This document shows positions 62,583 through 64,000 of a stretch of 64,000 nucleotides of DNA, one piece after another. The notes below the pieces were generated by a model. It had not been told where the DNA came from. It did no database searches and worked only from the letters and a program-made list of their open reading frames with translations. The stretch is from an uncultured virus (IMG/VR IMGVR_UViG_2061766007_000557). Lineage: Duplodnaviria; Heunggongvirae; Uroviricota; Caudoviricetes. Each line of letters starts with the position of its first letter. The first letter of the stretch is position 1. The stretch lies in IMG/VR virus record IMGVR_UViG_2061766007_000557, one strand, 5' to 3'. A program made the translations under genes and the position numbers.

Positions 62583-63032
62583 TTATTTTCCTGAACTACC
62601 GAATCCACCAGTACCTCTTGAAGTTTCAGATAAAGTATCAACTTCTTCAATTTCTACTTGAGGAATTTTTACTATTACAAATTGACCAATACGTTCGCCT
62701 GCTTTATATGGAGCGCAATCTAAACCGCAAAACATTTTACTATCACGAAGTTTATATCTAAATTGAATTTCTCCACGATATGTTGCAGGATCAACTAAAC
62801 CAGGAGAATTAGGTAAATATGCATCAGTTTTAGTATTACTACTTCTTGGTAAACACAATAAAGCATATCCTTCTTCCATTTCACATGCCAATCCTGTATG
62901 ATATATATAAACATCGTGCTCTTGATCGTATTCTACATCTATTGCAGTTACATCAAGACCAATATCTCCAGGATGTGCTTTGAACGGAATTACTGCTTTA
63001 GAATCAAGTTTCTTAAATTTTAATTTTGTCAT
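62583..63032 (-). CDS. dut: Trimeric dUTPase
   Basis: GLD, PRSS, GLVDPATYRGEI, RIGQ, RGTGGFGSSG. Confidence 0.95.
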   Translation of the reverse strand: MTKLKFKKLDSKAVIPFKAHPGDIGLDVTAIDVEYDQEHDVYIYHTGLACEMEEGYALLCLPRSSNTKTDAYLPNSPGLVDPATYRGEIQFRYKLRDSKMFCGLDCAPYKAGERIGQFVIVKIPQVEIEEVDTLSETSRGTGGFGSSGK

Positions 63033-63379
63033 GTTTGAATTATAAATTGTCTTGTGAAAACTTCTTTTTTATTGTCATTAAAATCTATAGATTCACATTT
63101 CAACTCTGTATAATTTGAAAATATTGTTATTGTGTAAAGAAATTCGATATCACCGTGAATTCCAGATCCATCAAATTCAAATACACCATCAGTTACTAAC
63201 TCTGTAATAATATTTTCAAATGATAATTTACTTTGTGATGCTAAAGTCTTAAGAATATATTCTAATTCTATTCCTGCACCACTAGGATATCCGTCACAAT
63301 GACGATAAGCACAAACCTGTCTTCTTCTAACGTCAGTGTCTTGAATTATTACATTACATCTTGTACTCATTCGTTCCAA
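63029..63379 (-). CDS. Conserved phage hypothetical protein (probable start MSTRC)
   Basis: MSTR...YRHCDGYP..HGDIEFLY pattern. Confidence 0.7.
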   Translation of the reverse strand: MERMSTRCNVIIQDTDVRRRQVCAYRHCDGYPSGAGIELEYILKTLASQSKLSFENIITELVTDGVFEFDGSGIHGDIEFLYTITIFSNYTELKCESIDFNDNKKEVFTRQFIIQT

Positions 63380-63834
63380 AATTTATAAGTTATATCTTTG
63401 AATTCTCCAGTTTCCTTGTTTATTTGATATAACTTTTGATTAGTAGTTTTAGAATCTAATCCTCCTAATTCTTTCTTATAAGAGCCATATTTATAGTAAT
63501 CTAATTCAACCATCATTATAGGATGTAAAACATCTTCGCCAGAATACCATGCTGTTTTTATAGATCCTTTATATGTTTCATTTATAAGAAATATAAGTTC
63601 TTTTATATACCCAATATCAGAATCCCCTCCCATAAAACAAATACATGTTATTCCTTTATTTTGTTCGATTAGACGCAATAAAGTTGATCTAGTTAGATCT
63701 TCTCCGATATCTTGCCAAAGTTCTTTAGAATGACAATCTGGGCAATGTATAGGACATCCTGATATATTTATACACAAAGTGACTTCGTCTGGTATTTCCC
63801 TAAATGTAACTTGTGTTGTTGTATATTTTAACAT
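63367..63834 (-). CDS. nrdG: Anaerobic ribonucleotide reductase activase-like radical SAM protein
   Basis: FREIPDEVTL..NISGCPIHCPDCHS (CxxxCxxC), FMGGD, TTNQ; ATG at 63834. Confidence 0.88.
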   Translation of the reverse strand: MLKYTTTQVTFREIPDEVTLCINISGCPIHCPDCHSKELWQDIGEDLTRSTLLRLIEQNKGITCICFMGGDSDIGYIKELIFLINETYKGSIKTAWYSGEDVLHPIMMVELDYYKYGSYKKELGGLDSKTTNQKLYQINKETGEFKDITYKFWNE

Positions 63835-63835
63835 A

Positions 63836-64000
63836 TTACCTTTTAAAAATTTTCCATTTTTCCGGGTTTTCGTCAATATCTTTTAGCATAGTTTCTCCGA
63901 TATCCCTGCAGATAATAGTAAAAGGATTATTAGATATTATACATAAATTCCCAATTGAGCATACATCTGGATCAGCAGGATTACCAAAATTATTATATTG
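63836..64000 (-). CDS. 3' end of a hypothetical protein (partial)
   Basis: Open frame from the window end (...DPDVCSIGNL...EKWKIFKR) to TAA. Confidence 0.5.
   Translation of the reverse strand, partial: QYNNFGNPADPDVCSIGNLCIISNNPFTIICRDIGETMLKDIDENPEKWKIFKR

Noticed and set aside
1..64000. DGR reverse transcriptase/template repeat, suppressor tRNA, CRISPR array, terminase, portal
   Set aside because: None recognised by eye. Intergenic spaces are short, and I saw no AAC-rich non-coding copy of a VR. They may lie outside the window.

Overview
Part of a crAss-like (Crassvirales) Bacteroidota phage genome, from a gapped assembly that probably mixes strains. The + strand (1-59586) is the virion/late module and reads TAG as a sense codon, most likely Gln. 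The fragmented ORF track collapses into about 30 closely packed genes, all ending in TAA or TGA. In order: tail-fibre/receptor-binding genes with four DGR-style variable regions of two families (no RT or template repeat in this window); a duplicated nucleotidyltransferase-like gene; an HNH-AP2 endonuclease; membrane proteins; a scaffold-like protein; a major capsid gene split by two group I introns, one encoding a GIY-YIG endonuclease; ring, tail and muzzle proteins; putative cargo proteins sharing a short (Q/N)xGG motif; and three giant virion proteins (SF1 helicase domain; RNA polymerase plus zincin motif; PD-(D/E)xK nuclease). A bidirectional terminator at ~59.6 kb separates this from a TAG-free - strand block: infC (GC-rich, host-like core), DNA ligase, dUTPase and nrdG. 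Recoded gene boundaries were derived by hand from frame continuity, and I did not check every codon of the largest genes. Product names come from motif recall and synteny, not database searches.
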